This document shows positions 47,901 through 60,600 of a DNA stretch of 64,000 nucleotides, piece after piece (within the stretch, counting starts at the first letter, position 1; every line of letters starts with the position of its first letter). The stretch is taken from NCBI GenBank assembly GCA_964106915.2, contig OZ066914.1; one strand, 5' to 3'. Both the position numbers and the translations under genes were made by a program. Under the pieces are notes generated by a model that saw only the letters and a list, made by a program, of their open reading frames with translations, was not told where the DNA came from and ran no database searches. Origin of the DNA: Podarcis gaigeae. Its lineage: Eukaryota.

Positions 47901-48159
47901 CCGTATTTTTCGCTCTATAAGATGCACCAGACCACAAGACGCACCTAGTTTCTGGAGAAGGAAAACAAGGAAAAAAATATTATGAATCTCAGAAGCCAGA
48001 ATAGCAAGAGGGATCGCTGCGCAGTGAAAGCAGCAATCCCTCTTGCTGTTCTGGCTTCTGTGATAGCTGCGCAGCCTTCATTTGCTCCATAACACACACA
48101 CACATTTCCCCTTACTTTTTAGGAGGGAAAAAGTGAGTCTTATAGAGCAAAAAATACGG
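47901..48159. mobile_element. Tc1/mariner (pogo/Tigger-like) MITE with an internal hairpin
   Basis: TIRs CCGTATTTTTCGCTCTATAAGA / TCTTATAGAGCAAAAAATACGG, TA TSD on both sides. Confidence 0.9.
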
Positions 48160-49772
48160 TACTTGATTAACTGCATTCAGCTGGCAAGTCACAAATTGTG
48201 CAGATCCAATCTAAGCTATTTCTCAAATTCATACCTTTCAGTGAGTCGGAGAGGAAAACAGACCTGCATGAAAGGTCCACATTCTCCTAGATAACCAACA
48301 TTTAGAAACATACAATTTCAATGAACACTACACAGGATACATTTACCCACCTACTCAGTCTGCAGTCATATATGCATCTACTCAGAAGCAAGTCCTGGCG
48401 AGTTCAATGGGACTTATTCCCAGGTGAGTATAGATAGGACTGCAATGTTAGAAACTTATAGAGCTGATGGGAGTTGCAGTCTAGCAATATCTGGAGGGCT
48501 ACAGGTCCCTAACCCCTGTTCTAGAGGCTTTTCTGGTAAAGACATGAATTTTGAAGAATGGCAATGATAGTGGCTCTCCCATACAAAAAGTTTTAACACA
48601 GCATCCCCCATCCTGGAACCCTTCAGATGTTTTGAGCTATGGTTCCCATCAGCCCCAACCAGCATGGCCATTGGTGACGGAAGTCCAACAACATCTGGAG
48701 GGCACCAGGTTGGGGAAGGCTTCTGTAGCGTAAGAAGGGGACCAAATATTAGGGATTGTGATTTTCCAAGGTTTTGAATATAGGAGTGTATGCATATGGT
48801 AGAGAGGAACTGGGAGCTAAGACAACTGAGGAGATTGTACTATGCTTAATATATGTTCTGTTCATTGCCTCCTATTCAGAGGGATAGATCATAAAACAGC
48901 TGGCCCTTTTGGAAATATCTACTGTTGCCTTCATGGCAATTTAAACTGCTTGCTTCATCTTTGAAAAGTGGAGCAGGGAGCTCAGAGAACGATGCTAATA
49001 GACTCCATCTGAAGCATTTGGATAAATTCAATCCGAAGGAGCAAGTCAAGCCTAACGGGTGTGAAGTAATGATCTCGTGAGCTTTGAAAGCCTGGACTGA
49101 CAACATTTCTACTGGGAAGCAAGGCTGAGCAACCAATTGCAGAAGCCTATTTGGGTGTACTTTGCCTCATTCTCCAGATCTTTCTTTTGAACTTTTAAGA
49201 GAGAGAGAGGGAGTGTCTGTTTTAATTTTATTTTTTAGGGGAGCAGCTGCTTTAGGTACTTCAAAAAGCTGATGCTAGAAATAAAGAAGCAGCACGAATG
49301 GATGAGTTATTTTATATCTCTGTGTTGCCCTTTAAACAATAAAGCCAATGTTACTGGTATAATCCAATCATCCTTTTGTACACACTAGAGTCTGGTTTTT
49401 CCAAGTTTGAAACAGCTGAGGAAAACTCCCTCCCTGCCTCCAGAATTAAAATTGGAGACATATTCCAGTCTTGCAGCTGAAAAGGAGTATCTGCACGACT
49501 CACTGATCTGGGGATGCCTCCTGATTGGGCAAAGGCCCTCTGCCAAGAGTAGTGACTTTATGCACACTAAGTCAGAGTGCCAGCCCAGTTTGCACAGTAT
49601 TGCTACTCAAGACAGCAGCCTTTTCCAGCCCTACCTGGAGGTGTCAGGGATTGATGTTGGGACTTTCTGCATGCAAAAACATATACTTTGCCTCTGAGCT
49701 GTGACTCTTCCCCTTTCACAGTAAGTGGCTGTATATTAGGTCAGTCTGTCCATCTGTCTACACTGAATGTCA

Positions 49773-49920
49773 CATGGAAGATGGAGCAAGCTTGTTTTCT
49801 CTAGCTCGGGAGGCTAGGACCTGAACCAATGGCTTCGAGTTACAAGAAAGGAGATTTCAACTACGGTAAACGTCAGAAAGAACTTTGTGACAGTAAGAGC
49901 TGTTGCCGACTGGAACAGGC
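49773..49920 (+). mobile_element. CR1 ORF2 fragment
   Basis: GGAGCAAGCTTGTTTTCT...AATGGCTTCGAGTTACAAGAAAGGAGATTTC...AAGAACTTTGTGACAGTAAGAGCTGTT. Confidence 0.75.
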
Positions 49921-51825
49921 AACTTCATCTGAGAATGAGACATTGTACTACATCTCTGCAACAGGAGTTGCTCATTTTTTTTATTACTCATAGAACCATT
50001 TTAATGCCACCCTTTGGCCCTAATGAGGACCACCAAGGTGTTTTACAATAAGAATTTAATACACTTGAAAGCAAAGCATTAAAACTTAAGAGTAAGATAT
50101 TTTAAAAAACAAACAAACAAACAAACAAACAAACATTGCTGGCAAGCTTAAGATCTACTACAGGCCTGGTGGAATAACAACATCTTAAGTGCTTCCTTAA
50201 AAACAACAGAGAAGGACCAAAATTTTGAATGACCCAGTTCCACTTGATCACAGTTACATAGCAGGATTTCCTGCTTCCAATGGGGATTAACAGGAAGACA
50301 GTAAGGCCAGAACCATGATGTTGTGGGCAGGGCTGGTGTTAGGGGTAGGTATTGTCAGATCTCTGTCAAAGCCTACACACTTCAGCTACACACTTCCAGG
50401 TTTAAAGTGTTTAGGTTCCAAGTAGTTTGAGAACTAAGCTGTTCGAAAATTGAAGTACCACTGTACTGGGAAATGCTGGGAAATAACCAGGGATATTTTA
50501 CATGTGTTCTACTTGTCAAGGTAACAAGCAACCTCCTCTGAGAATGAGTAATTGTTCTAAATCTGTGATTTTCTTTTAGAAAAGTGGCATCTAAAATAGT
50601 TTAAATAAGGTCAGCTGGGATCCTATAGGCTTCTCAAGTTACCTGAGCCACACTGCGCCAAATGTTGTAGAATCCGCATCTCAACTGATGGCAATCTTAT
50701 CACTATATTGCTGCAAAATTCTGAACGGCTCTTACCTCCGCTTGCATACGGCCTGAGTAAAGTGCCTGTTGCCAGTCTCATTCCATACAATCATTCAGAA
50801 ACAAAAGGGCAGACTTGCCTGTGTAGGCAGGTGGGTACTTCCGGATCACAGCAGTCTTTATTTAATAGGTTATTTTTTTAATGACATACAAACAGCTCTT
50901 TCCTAGTATAGTAGGGTCCAGTGAGGAGTTTGGGGCTGCTGGCTGTAGTCAGAGGTACAGTAAAAAGTAAGACAAAACAAGAAACTCTGAAGGCATTTTG
51001 TAGCTTAGATGGAGTTGATTTTCATCCTCAGTGAAATCAAAAGTGTGCTGATACATAGATCTGCAACACTTCTTTTGCTGGGAGGCAAATAATAGTTTTA
51101 GACATCATGTTTCATTAGGCCTGCTATCAGGTCTGAAGTTCCAGAGCTTCAGCCTCTTTCTTGAGTTCTCCAGGCAAAGGAGTCAAATTTCATGAGCCAG
51201 ACAGAAGGGAGCAAGCCATTAGGACTTATCCCTATGTTTCCTCACTGTTCTGAAGAATGAGATAAGAGTGGCAAGCATGTACATAAAATGTGTTTCCCTC
51301 ATTATCAAGGGGAAATAGCTTATACTTGTAATATTAATTATAGCAAAATCATTTTGGAAATATGCCAGTACCTCATTCAGTTAATTATACCTCTGGAAAA
51401 CAGAAGGTATTTTCATTTACTCTTTCTGCAGAAAGTTGATTGAGCTATTGCCTAATGTTTTGAGGTTCATGTTGGGAATCTGAGGTGAGATACCCATGTA
51501 GAGGAAGTTGCCCCCAGTTCCAGTCACCAGAAACAGCTTAAGGTCCAAACTAGTTTAATGTTGCAGAATATAAGGCTTCAGTAATACAGTTCTGGATGTA
51601 GATTCACAGTTTGTAGGTTTTGCAAATACATATAGAGATATATAAAGGTACAAAGTATTTCTGTTGCTTTAGCAATTCAAGATGTTATACAGACTCCAAC
51701 TCACACTTACTCACTGACCCCGGACAGACTGACGACTAATGAGCTGACATGCCGCTGTCACTTATATATTCAGCACTGGGCTGATACAATAACATTTGGC
51801 TTGGCTGACCTTGTACCTGTTGGAG

Positions 51826-51826
<1 letters not shown>

Positions 51827-51858
<32 letters not shown>

Positions 51859-52032
51859 GTAATAATTTGTATACCACCCTTCTTCTGAATATTACAGGGG
51901 GTTCACAACATAAAAATACAAAATGAGAACACAAAATACATAATGACATAAAAAGAGAAACAAACCAATAATCCCCTACCCACAAACACATTTAAAAGAC
52001 CATTGAATATTAAATCAGCCAAAGACCTGGTT
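51827..52032 (-). mobile_element. L2-clade LINE 3' end with (TAA)n tail
   Basis: (TAA)~13 then AATTTGTATACCACCCTTC...CAAACACATTTAAAAG...CAGCCAAAGACCTGGTT; homologous to 21205-21400. Confidence 0.8.
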
Positions 52033-52647
52033 ATAGTCAAACATTATAGAGAAAACTTCATGGGGTGATTTGTGCTCATGAAGGAAGTTAACCCCTTCTC
52101 CATGTCCAGTTACTCCAACACCTTTTCTTCAGTTTTGTTTGTGATATTGGCTTCCATTTGATGGCATATGTACCTGTATCAGGTGGTACCTTTGTAAGTA
52201 CCAGGTGAGAGCATTTGTGGAGGCAGTGGTAGTGGCATCCCACTGTTATGCGTAAAGAGGGTATTGTGTTGTGCCATGAGCAGGAATGGGATTGTGTTAC
52301 AAAAAATCCTTGGCAAACGTTACCATCTCCTCAGTGCCCAATGGATGCCCTGCAGTGTGAGATTATATATCAAAGAGATTATTGGGTTTATCTGCTGGCT
52401 GGTAAAGATTGTAGTCCAGCTATGTTTTAACAAGGATACATGATTTGAGAGCATGTTATAAAAAAGTTTCTCTATGTATCTAACAGGCAGCTGTGTTAAA
52501 AGCTAGGATAATGATATCCTGTAGACTTCCAGACTGCAGTGCAAGTAATTCAGCCTCCCATGTCATTACTTTCTTTCTGGAAAGTGAAATATGGATGTCC
52601 CCTTTACAGCAGATCATGCACAGCAGCCTGAAGCCTTTTTACACTTC

Positions 52648-52685
52648 AGAGAGAGAGAGAGAGAGAGAGAGAGCGCGCGAGAGAG
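52648..52685. repeat. (GA)n microsatellite with a (GC)n interruption
   Basis: Seen directly. Confidence 0.9.
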
Positions 52686-54519
52686 CGCCAATTGCAGCTA
52701 ATCTATTTTTTCCAAGTTATTTTGGGGAATTGGATTTTACAACCCGGTTTGAACTGGAAATAGATAGTGCAGGCATATTGGACGGGTGGTATTGTAGCTC
52801 TGAGTTGGCTGTGCCAGGTGGTGGAGGTTATATGATTCCAGATGCTTTCTTGGAAACATGCAGTGTTAAGCATGAACCTCCACCACCTGGCACGGCCTGA
52901 ATAACATTCCAGCCAATATAAGGCACTGTGTCAGACAATTTCCAACTTCATCCTGGTGTTCTTTAAGTACATTAATATTCGTGGTTTTCATGCAAAATGT
53001 TCTGTGTGTGTGTGTAAAGAATGAATATGAACATAAGAAGCTACATAATACTAAATCAGTCTGTTAGTCCTTCCAGTTTAGTACTGTTGCTTCCAGTATT
53101 TCAGGCATGGGTCTCTCCACCCAGCCCTATCTAAAGATGCAAGGCAGATTCTCTATTGCTGAGCCACAGACCTAACCCCAAAACTTCAAAAGATCCTTTG
53201 CTGCCCCTCTGAAATAATTGCTATCATGAATTAAGAAGACCTATAGACACATGCGATGTTTTGACTTTTATTTTTAAACTTTATTTCTCTTTTAAGCATC
53301 CATAATGAGTAAGAGACTAAAAGGTGAAATACATTCACTTCTGTATTACGGGAGACTTAAGAATCAGCAGAACTTTCTCCAGTTTACTTCAAAAATGATC
53401 ACGGTCCCTTAAAGATCCCTTTAAGTGTTCACGAAACCTCAAAGGTAGTCAGAAAGAATGCTTGTGCAAAGAAACCCTGATCAGTCACCCATCCAGCAAA
53501 GTAAGGGGAAGGGGAAGAGCATAAAATCCCTTACATTTACTTGAGAACAGAGGAATCAAACTCACCCAGTTTCCCTCTCAGTTATTTTTTCCTTTGAGCA
53601 AGGACGACAGGGTAGTTAGCTGGTGTGGGGTGCAAGCAGAATCAAGGGGGTGGGGCTGCTTTAGGTGGGCTGCACCCACCTTGCTTCTCCCGCTCACCAC
53701 TTTTTGCAGAGACTACAAAGTGACTATCCATGTACTCATATAAGATTCAGGGTAGTTTTACATGATCGTGATCTGACATGGATTGGTGCCAGCATACGGA
53801 AAGCTAGATGGATCAAAGCCATGTCAATCATGTGTCTGGAGGGAAACGGAGGAGTGGAGAGCATTCAAAATGCAAAGTTCCGGTACGAAGTGGCATCACC
53901 TCTGTGCTGGAGGCTGGACAGTCTGAGCAGGATAATTACTGTTCTACTCCTACATGTGACTTTTCAGCTCTATGGGAAAGGAAACTGGCTCCCTGATTTT
54001 AATGCACCACACTCAAGAAGAAATTACTGCCATCATAAATCTTTTACACCTGAACATTAGACCGAAGCATTAGAGGCAAATGTGAAGCCAACAAATGTAT
54101 TCAGGAATAAACCACAGCCAAGAAGAGCGTGTTATTCTGCAAGCCCATGAAGACAAAGGCTTTTTAGGCTTTGGGGCTGAGAGAAACATAGCAATGCACT
54201 AATTGCTAAGCACTGTTTATCTAAGTTAAATAGACACAGGGTTGTGCAGTTCCTTATGGCCAGTTCAGATGTTGATGACTGAGGGAATAGCCTGGGTATC
54301 ATGAGGGGCAGCCCCATTGCAGATAAGAAATTCCATGTGATCTGCACAATTTGCCTCATACCTATGAATCTCTTACCCCCCAAAATAAGCAGAAGGAATG
54401 TAGAAATTGGGTGAAATATGCGTATATCCATACATATGAACAACAAGTGACTCTCTAGGGATAGCTGTAGCTTCTAGTTGTGTACTCAGACAGGGCTAGT
54501 GCAAGACGTTGCACAAATA

Positions 54520-54655
54520 TCCTTTTTGAAGCAAGGTGACCAGAGCTATACACTGTATTCCAAGCATGTTTTCACCATAGATTTGTATAATGGCATTATG
54601 ATATTGGCAGTTTTATTTTCAATTCCTTTCTTAATGATCTCTAGCATGGAATTTG
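54520..54655 (-). mobile_element. CR1 ORF2 internal fragment
   Basis: Minus strand encodes the CR1 motif ...IIMPLYKSMVKTCLEYSV*LWSP. Confidence 0.75.
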
Positions 54656-57600
54656 TCTGCAGCTGCCGCACAAGATGGTATGCAGCCATTGTGCCTCCTC
54701 CTTCATTCCTCCGCTGGTCTGTTCATTTACTTCGCTCCCTCCTATCTGTTGGCGAGGGATGAAAGTAGGTAAAAGGGTCAAGGCAGCAGGAGAGGTAGGG
54801 CAGCTCCATCCTCACTTTAGAACTTTCCAGGGATGATCTCCAGGGCTACATATCTCGGATTTTTGCACATCTGAATTTTAATTACCAGTCTCAGTGGTGG
54901 GTTCTGAGACACATTTTATTCCATAATTCTCTTACTTCTAATGCAGAAGTATTTATAACTGTGTGTGAGAAAGCGTGTCTGAGACAGCTGTATGCTATCT
55001 GGCCTCTTAAGTTGATGACTCTAGGACTAAGTAGAAATTATTTTCCCTTATCAGTGTCAATTTCCAGATGCAGTCTGAATGCAAAAGCTTACATGTCTGG
55101 CCTTCACTGATTGAAGCAAAACAAAACCCAGCCTTTCACTTCTTGTTTCAGCTCCCTTGACACAGACATGTAATGAACAGGCCTAGGAGCTACAGTATAT
55201 TTTTCTGGGTCATCAGACACATTATATTATTGTTCTTTATGCACAGAACACAGTATATTTCATCCTTCCACGCACGGTTTAAAATTTGTTATTCCGTTAA
55301 AAAATAAAATATTTTAGGTAGAATGACTTTTAACACCTGATCAGGACATGTGTGAAATGCCATTGTGGTGTTGGATTCCACACATGTAATCAAAGAGCAA
55401 GATTGTGAAAGTGGTGTGGTGTGTGTGTGTGTTCTGAGCTCCATGTAGTAAATGATTTGAAAATACGTATATTCTAGTAGTTCTTCATGGGAGGTCAAGT
55501 GACTTGTCTGATTTTGATATCATTATCAGTACTGATTTTACTGTGGTTTTTATCTTCTTCTATCTGTCTGATGATTCTCAAAGACTGGGAATCTTTGATT
55601 TTAATTCAAGGTAAGTTAATATTTCCAATAAATAAATACCTAAATATTGTGAGGATGTCCCAACATCTTTCTATCTACAGCTGCTCCTCTCTCCATCTTG
55701 AGCAGGCTCTGGTAGCGGATCATTTTGACATTACAACCAAATGAGTCACACAACCAATTCTGAAGTAGTCAGTGTATTCTTTTTTCAAAACTCAGCTTCC
55801 CCTCTTCCTTTTTATACATTGCAAAAAACAAAAACACAGAAAATTCTACCCTAAAATATCTGGATGTCATTCAACATGAGCAGATATTCTAAAAATATAA
55901 CTGGGTAGAACAAGCTTATAATGGAAAAAGAGAAGCAATCACCACAGAGCCATACCTGTGGTCAGCCTCCCAGCTAGCTAAACTTAGAAAATCATACTTG
56001 TCTGAGGAAAACAATAGATGATGAAATAGCAAACTATCTGTCATTTTAATTTATTTGTTTTAGAATGTGGCTTTTATAATTGAGTTACAGCTTATTTAGA
56101 AATTGATGCCAGTTATTGCATTGTATAAGAAGTGGGTTTCTTACCACCACTGTCACTAGAAGCACTTCCTTCTCCAAAATGCAGCCTTGCTCTTGTCTCC
56201 AATTCAGACCATTCCAGAGAGTTTTCAGTGTTGTGTACAAGTCTGTGCATGGTACAGCTGTCATAATCTTGCTGTTTGAGCAGAAATTTATGGTGAAACA
56301 AGACAGATACGTGGGGTCTTGGGTTATGAAGCTGACAGATAGGCTGTCATGTCAGATAGCAGTTTGCCTGAGATAAAGCGGCATTTTATTTTTGTATTTG
56401 CCAGAAGTGCAAAGTTCAGAGGTGAAATGTTTGAGGACTGAAATGACATCTGCAGGGCCTGATTCTGATACTACAGGGCCTAGAGCACATCTGACATCTG
56501 AGTACATTATCTTGGGTGGGGAATTACTAAAGAAAGCAAAGTCTTATATACTGACCTGTTTAATCTACCTGCTGATACAATCCTGATCCCTTAAATTCAC
56601 TAGGAATTTTACTTCAGTGGAGCGCTTTCTTATATCAGAGTACTGCACAGCTTGTGTGTGAAAGTGTTGATTTAAGGTAAGAGATTGGTTTATTTTTGTG
56701 GGGACTGGCACAGCTAGACTATTTAGTAAAATTATCTTCATTTGGACTGGGCTCTAGTCCACTATGTTTAGGCTGCAGTTAATCTGTTAGACTGGAGTGT
56801 CACAAGAATTCTGTGAGTGTAGGTATGCTTGGGTTTGCCGTAAAAGACCAAACACCAACCCATCAGAAGTCATATTTCTAGAATACACTGTCCTAAATAT
56901 ATATCAGATAAGGTGTCAAAATGGTCTGCTCCTATTCAGTGGAGACCACTAGAATCTTGTCCATTGTATTTCTATGTGTGGATGTAAATGAACTTAAGTC
57001 CTGATTTGCAGCTGATAGTTTGACCACTTTAATGCAGTATCATAGAAAGTGGCTGATGCCAGTTCCACAGCAGCTATGGGTGATGCTTCATCTTTCAGAT
57101 GTGGGATTTTACCAAGAATGCTTTTGTTTCAGTAATTCTATAAGCTTATGGCTTTGTTATTTAAGAACCAGTGTACCACTAGAAGCAGCTTCTTGCTATA
57201 ATATTACTTTTGGTGGTTTGCTCACCTTTATTACAGGTGAGGTTTACAATACCACTGGCAATCATAATCTGGAAAATCAATTCTGGATAGTGAGATTTGG
57301 AACTGCCCCTTCAGATGACTAACTCGAACCATTGCACAGATATACACATTACTTTAGGGTGCGTGTATGTGGAAAGCATAATTGGTATTATTTCTTTACT
57401 TCCATGTTTTGAGAAAAATGGGGTGTATGCCTCCTTAGGAATTTATAATTTTTATAATCCATCATATCATTCTTCAGCTGCTATTACCAGTTTGTGTTCT
57501 TTTGCTAAGTTGGAACAGATTAACAAGTGTTGGAATGGAAAGACCATATAATTTTCATTGGAAGTGGCAGATAAGCCTTGTTAACTCTAATTTTATTATT

Positions 57601-60600
57601 TGCTTTATATTTCCATACTGTTGCATTATCAAAATCAGAGTTTCAGATGTGAAAGCTGAATTATGGCTGGCTGACTTTCTATTCAGAGTTTTTTTTGGCT
57701 ATTCTGGATCTGTAGTCAGAAAGTTCTACTTCTGCATAAAGTCAGTAAAATTGCAGAAATGAGTAACATCTGCATAAGTTAATTCTAACATTATGAAGTC
57801 TGAGGGGTAAGAAATACATTTAAAGACTATTCTATTTTCTGATTATGAGCTTTTAACTGTATTTTAAATACTTGCTTTTTTATTGATTTTCTTGTATGCC
57901 GCATTGGAAGCAATTCTACCTTGTCACTTCTCAGCTTGCCACATCCCCTGCTGGGAAAATGCCACTGTAACTGCTGTTCCCTTGCCCCTGTTGCCCACCC
58001 CTGAGAATGACAGAATCAAGTTGCATTATCCCACCCTGTTCCTTTGCTACCACAGATTAGGATATTCTGAGAAGTCTTGCTTGTGCCTACTCTTCAAGTG
58101 ATAAAGTTCATAACTGAAACACAGTGTGGTCAACGGAGCATATTTCTCCTGTCTGGAGAATGCCTGGAGTTTGTTTTGGTCCGAATACGTGCACCTTTAT
58201 CATTAGAAACATTTAGTTTCTGATCCATCAAAGTGAAGCTAAGCTCTTCAGTTCCCATTGATTGCCTATCACCTTCCAGGAGTGGGCTTTGGAGGCTGCC
58301 TGGGGTAAAGTGTTTCATTCTGATCTTTGTGAAAGTTAATTTCCTCTTTAGATGATGTTTCCCATAGCGTTCTCAACCGTTTACTTTTATTTGTCTTTTA
58401 ATTTTTCATCAGAGTTGTTGACAGACAAACACAGGTTTTGTTCAACATCAGAGTCCTTTGATTTCTTTATTTCAGTTTTTTGCTCCACCATTGTGCCTCT
58501 TAAAGGCCTACCTACCAGAAAAGTTGCAGAGCACACTGCGCCCCTGTGACTAAGTCCTAAAGGAGTTGCTAATATATTAATGTATGCTACCACCAGTTCA
58601 TAAAAGAAATAGCTCAGTAAATACCACCCTTCATACCCACATGTTGAAGACCAGTTTGCTGGTTCAAAATTTTCTTCCATGTAAATACCTTTAGATTCAG
58701 GCTGTCTTCCCCACATGCTGTGCAGCTTAGGGGCAGGAATGATTATGACATTATATATGAAAACAACACACTTGAACTTTCTTACCAAATAAGGCTGTGG
58801 TAGCAAGACTGAAGTCAGTTTCCTCTGGCTATCTCATTCCTGGTTTTCATTAGCATTCGATTCAGTAATCAGATGATAGAGGTAATGGCCCAGCTGAAGA
58901 ACATGTAGCTCATTTAGTACTAAAAAATACAATGAATGCCCATGCCAAAGGGCTGTAGTTGCTTTGCACATTTTACTTATACTTTACATATTTTATGTGG
59001 CAAAACTTGCATATTCATTTCCTGTAAATGGTAAATTTTAATTCATGGTTGGTGGAAATATCAAACCTAGATGTGGAAGTCACCTTTGAGTACTAAGCTT
59101 TTACAGAAATATGAAATGGGTATTTGAAATCATATACAATGGATTCCCCCTTTTCCAATTTCTGAGCATGTAATTCATATTGTCATCATTGCATTTATAA
59201 AATCGAACTCCAACTATTATGAGTCCTAAAGATGTATGTATTTTTTTTAATAAAAGCTTGGATTTCAACAATTTTAAAATGACTTTATATAGGTAAGACC
59301 TGCTGCAACAAAATCTTGCAGTGTTGACTGCCGCTGTTCAGGATTATAGCCACTCCATTCCATCTTCCCACTCAGTTTTCTATTCCCTACTCCTAATATT
59401 CAGTCACAATTTCTTAACTACTAAAGATACCCACTCGTGAGGGTTTTTGTCTAAAATATTTTGGTACTTCTGCACAAGTGTCTGCAAGGGTAGGCAAATG
59501 GGCACTTGCCCCACTGGAATTCTAAATGCATGGACCCCGCACTTTACTGGATGAAAAGTTGCTTGTTCTGAATGAATGATGCTTCTTCTGCAAATTTTGC
59601 AAGATTTGGAAACCCTAGAATGTAGTGAAAATATAAGGCTGCTAAAGAGAGAAAGTAAAGAAGCAGATTTATTTCAAAAAGCAGAAGACATCTTGTGAGC
59701 CCCATATTGAAGCTAGTGCTTCATTAGGCATCATTGCACCCAATGAGTCTGCCTTAAAAGCGAGGGACAAGGGCATGAGAACATCCCAAAAGAAAATACA
59801 AAGGCAGGTACCAGTACTGTACAATTTGAAGGACAAGAAGAGCTGAACATGGTGAACAACATATCAAAAGTGAATCCAGATGTGTTAAAATTTCAGCTGC
59901 TTACACAATACTGGACCCCTGCAGGAAGTTATGACTTAAGGTATGCTTGTATGGGTCCAAGAGCATTTCTGCATGCATGGCTTTCTAAATATTCTCCTTG
60001 GTTACCATACCCTGCTGTTTTGAAAGGACCTGTATATCATTAATACATTTTATTTCTTCAGCTAGTTGTAAGAGGGTTACAAGGCACATTCGTTACCAAT
60101 GTTTGTACCAAGTACAAGGACTTCAGTGAAGCTACAAGAAAGCGCTCAAAAAGTGGATGGCACATTGGTTCACATTCATATACTTCTAACTTCCTTTTTG
60201 TCATGAACAATGCTTATCTAACATCTGGAAACATTAGTCAATAATACTTTGCTACCAGTAAATCAGCTTTTCTCCAAACTGTGACTTGGGTCTTCTTATG
60301 TACCCTTCTTTCTTTAGTGTTTTGAACAGATAGAAAAGCAGAGTCAGGCTCTCTTTGAAAGAGTCACAGATGTTCCCAACTTCTTGCTTGTGTGATTTCA
60401 CTGGCAAGACCACATATGCCTCCCTCAAACCACAGGCTCTGCTCATTCACAGGGAAGAATAAATGGGTACATTAGAGATTTGGAGATCTGTAACCCCCAC
60501 AAGTTCATCAGCTCATCTGCACGCAGCCTATATGTGCATGTGTATTGTTATTACATATTAGAAGTATATATTGCCTTTCTTGCGTGGCCTGGGACTCTGC

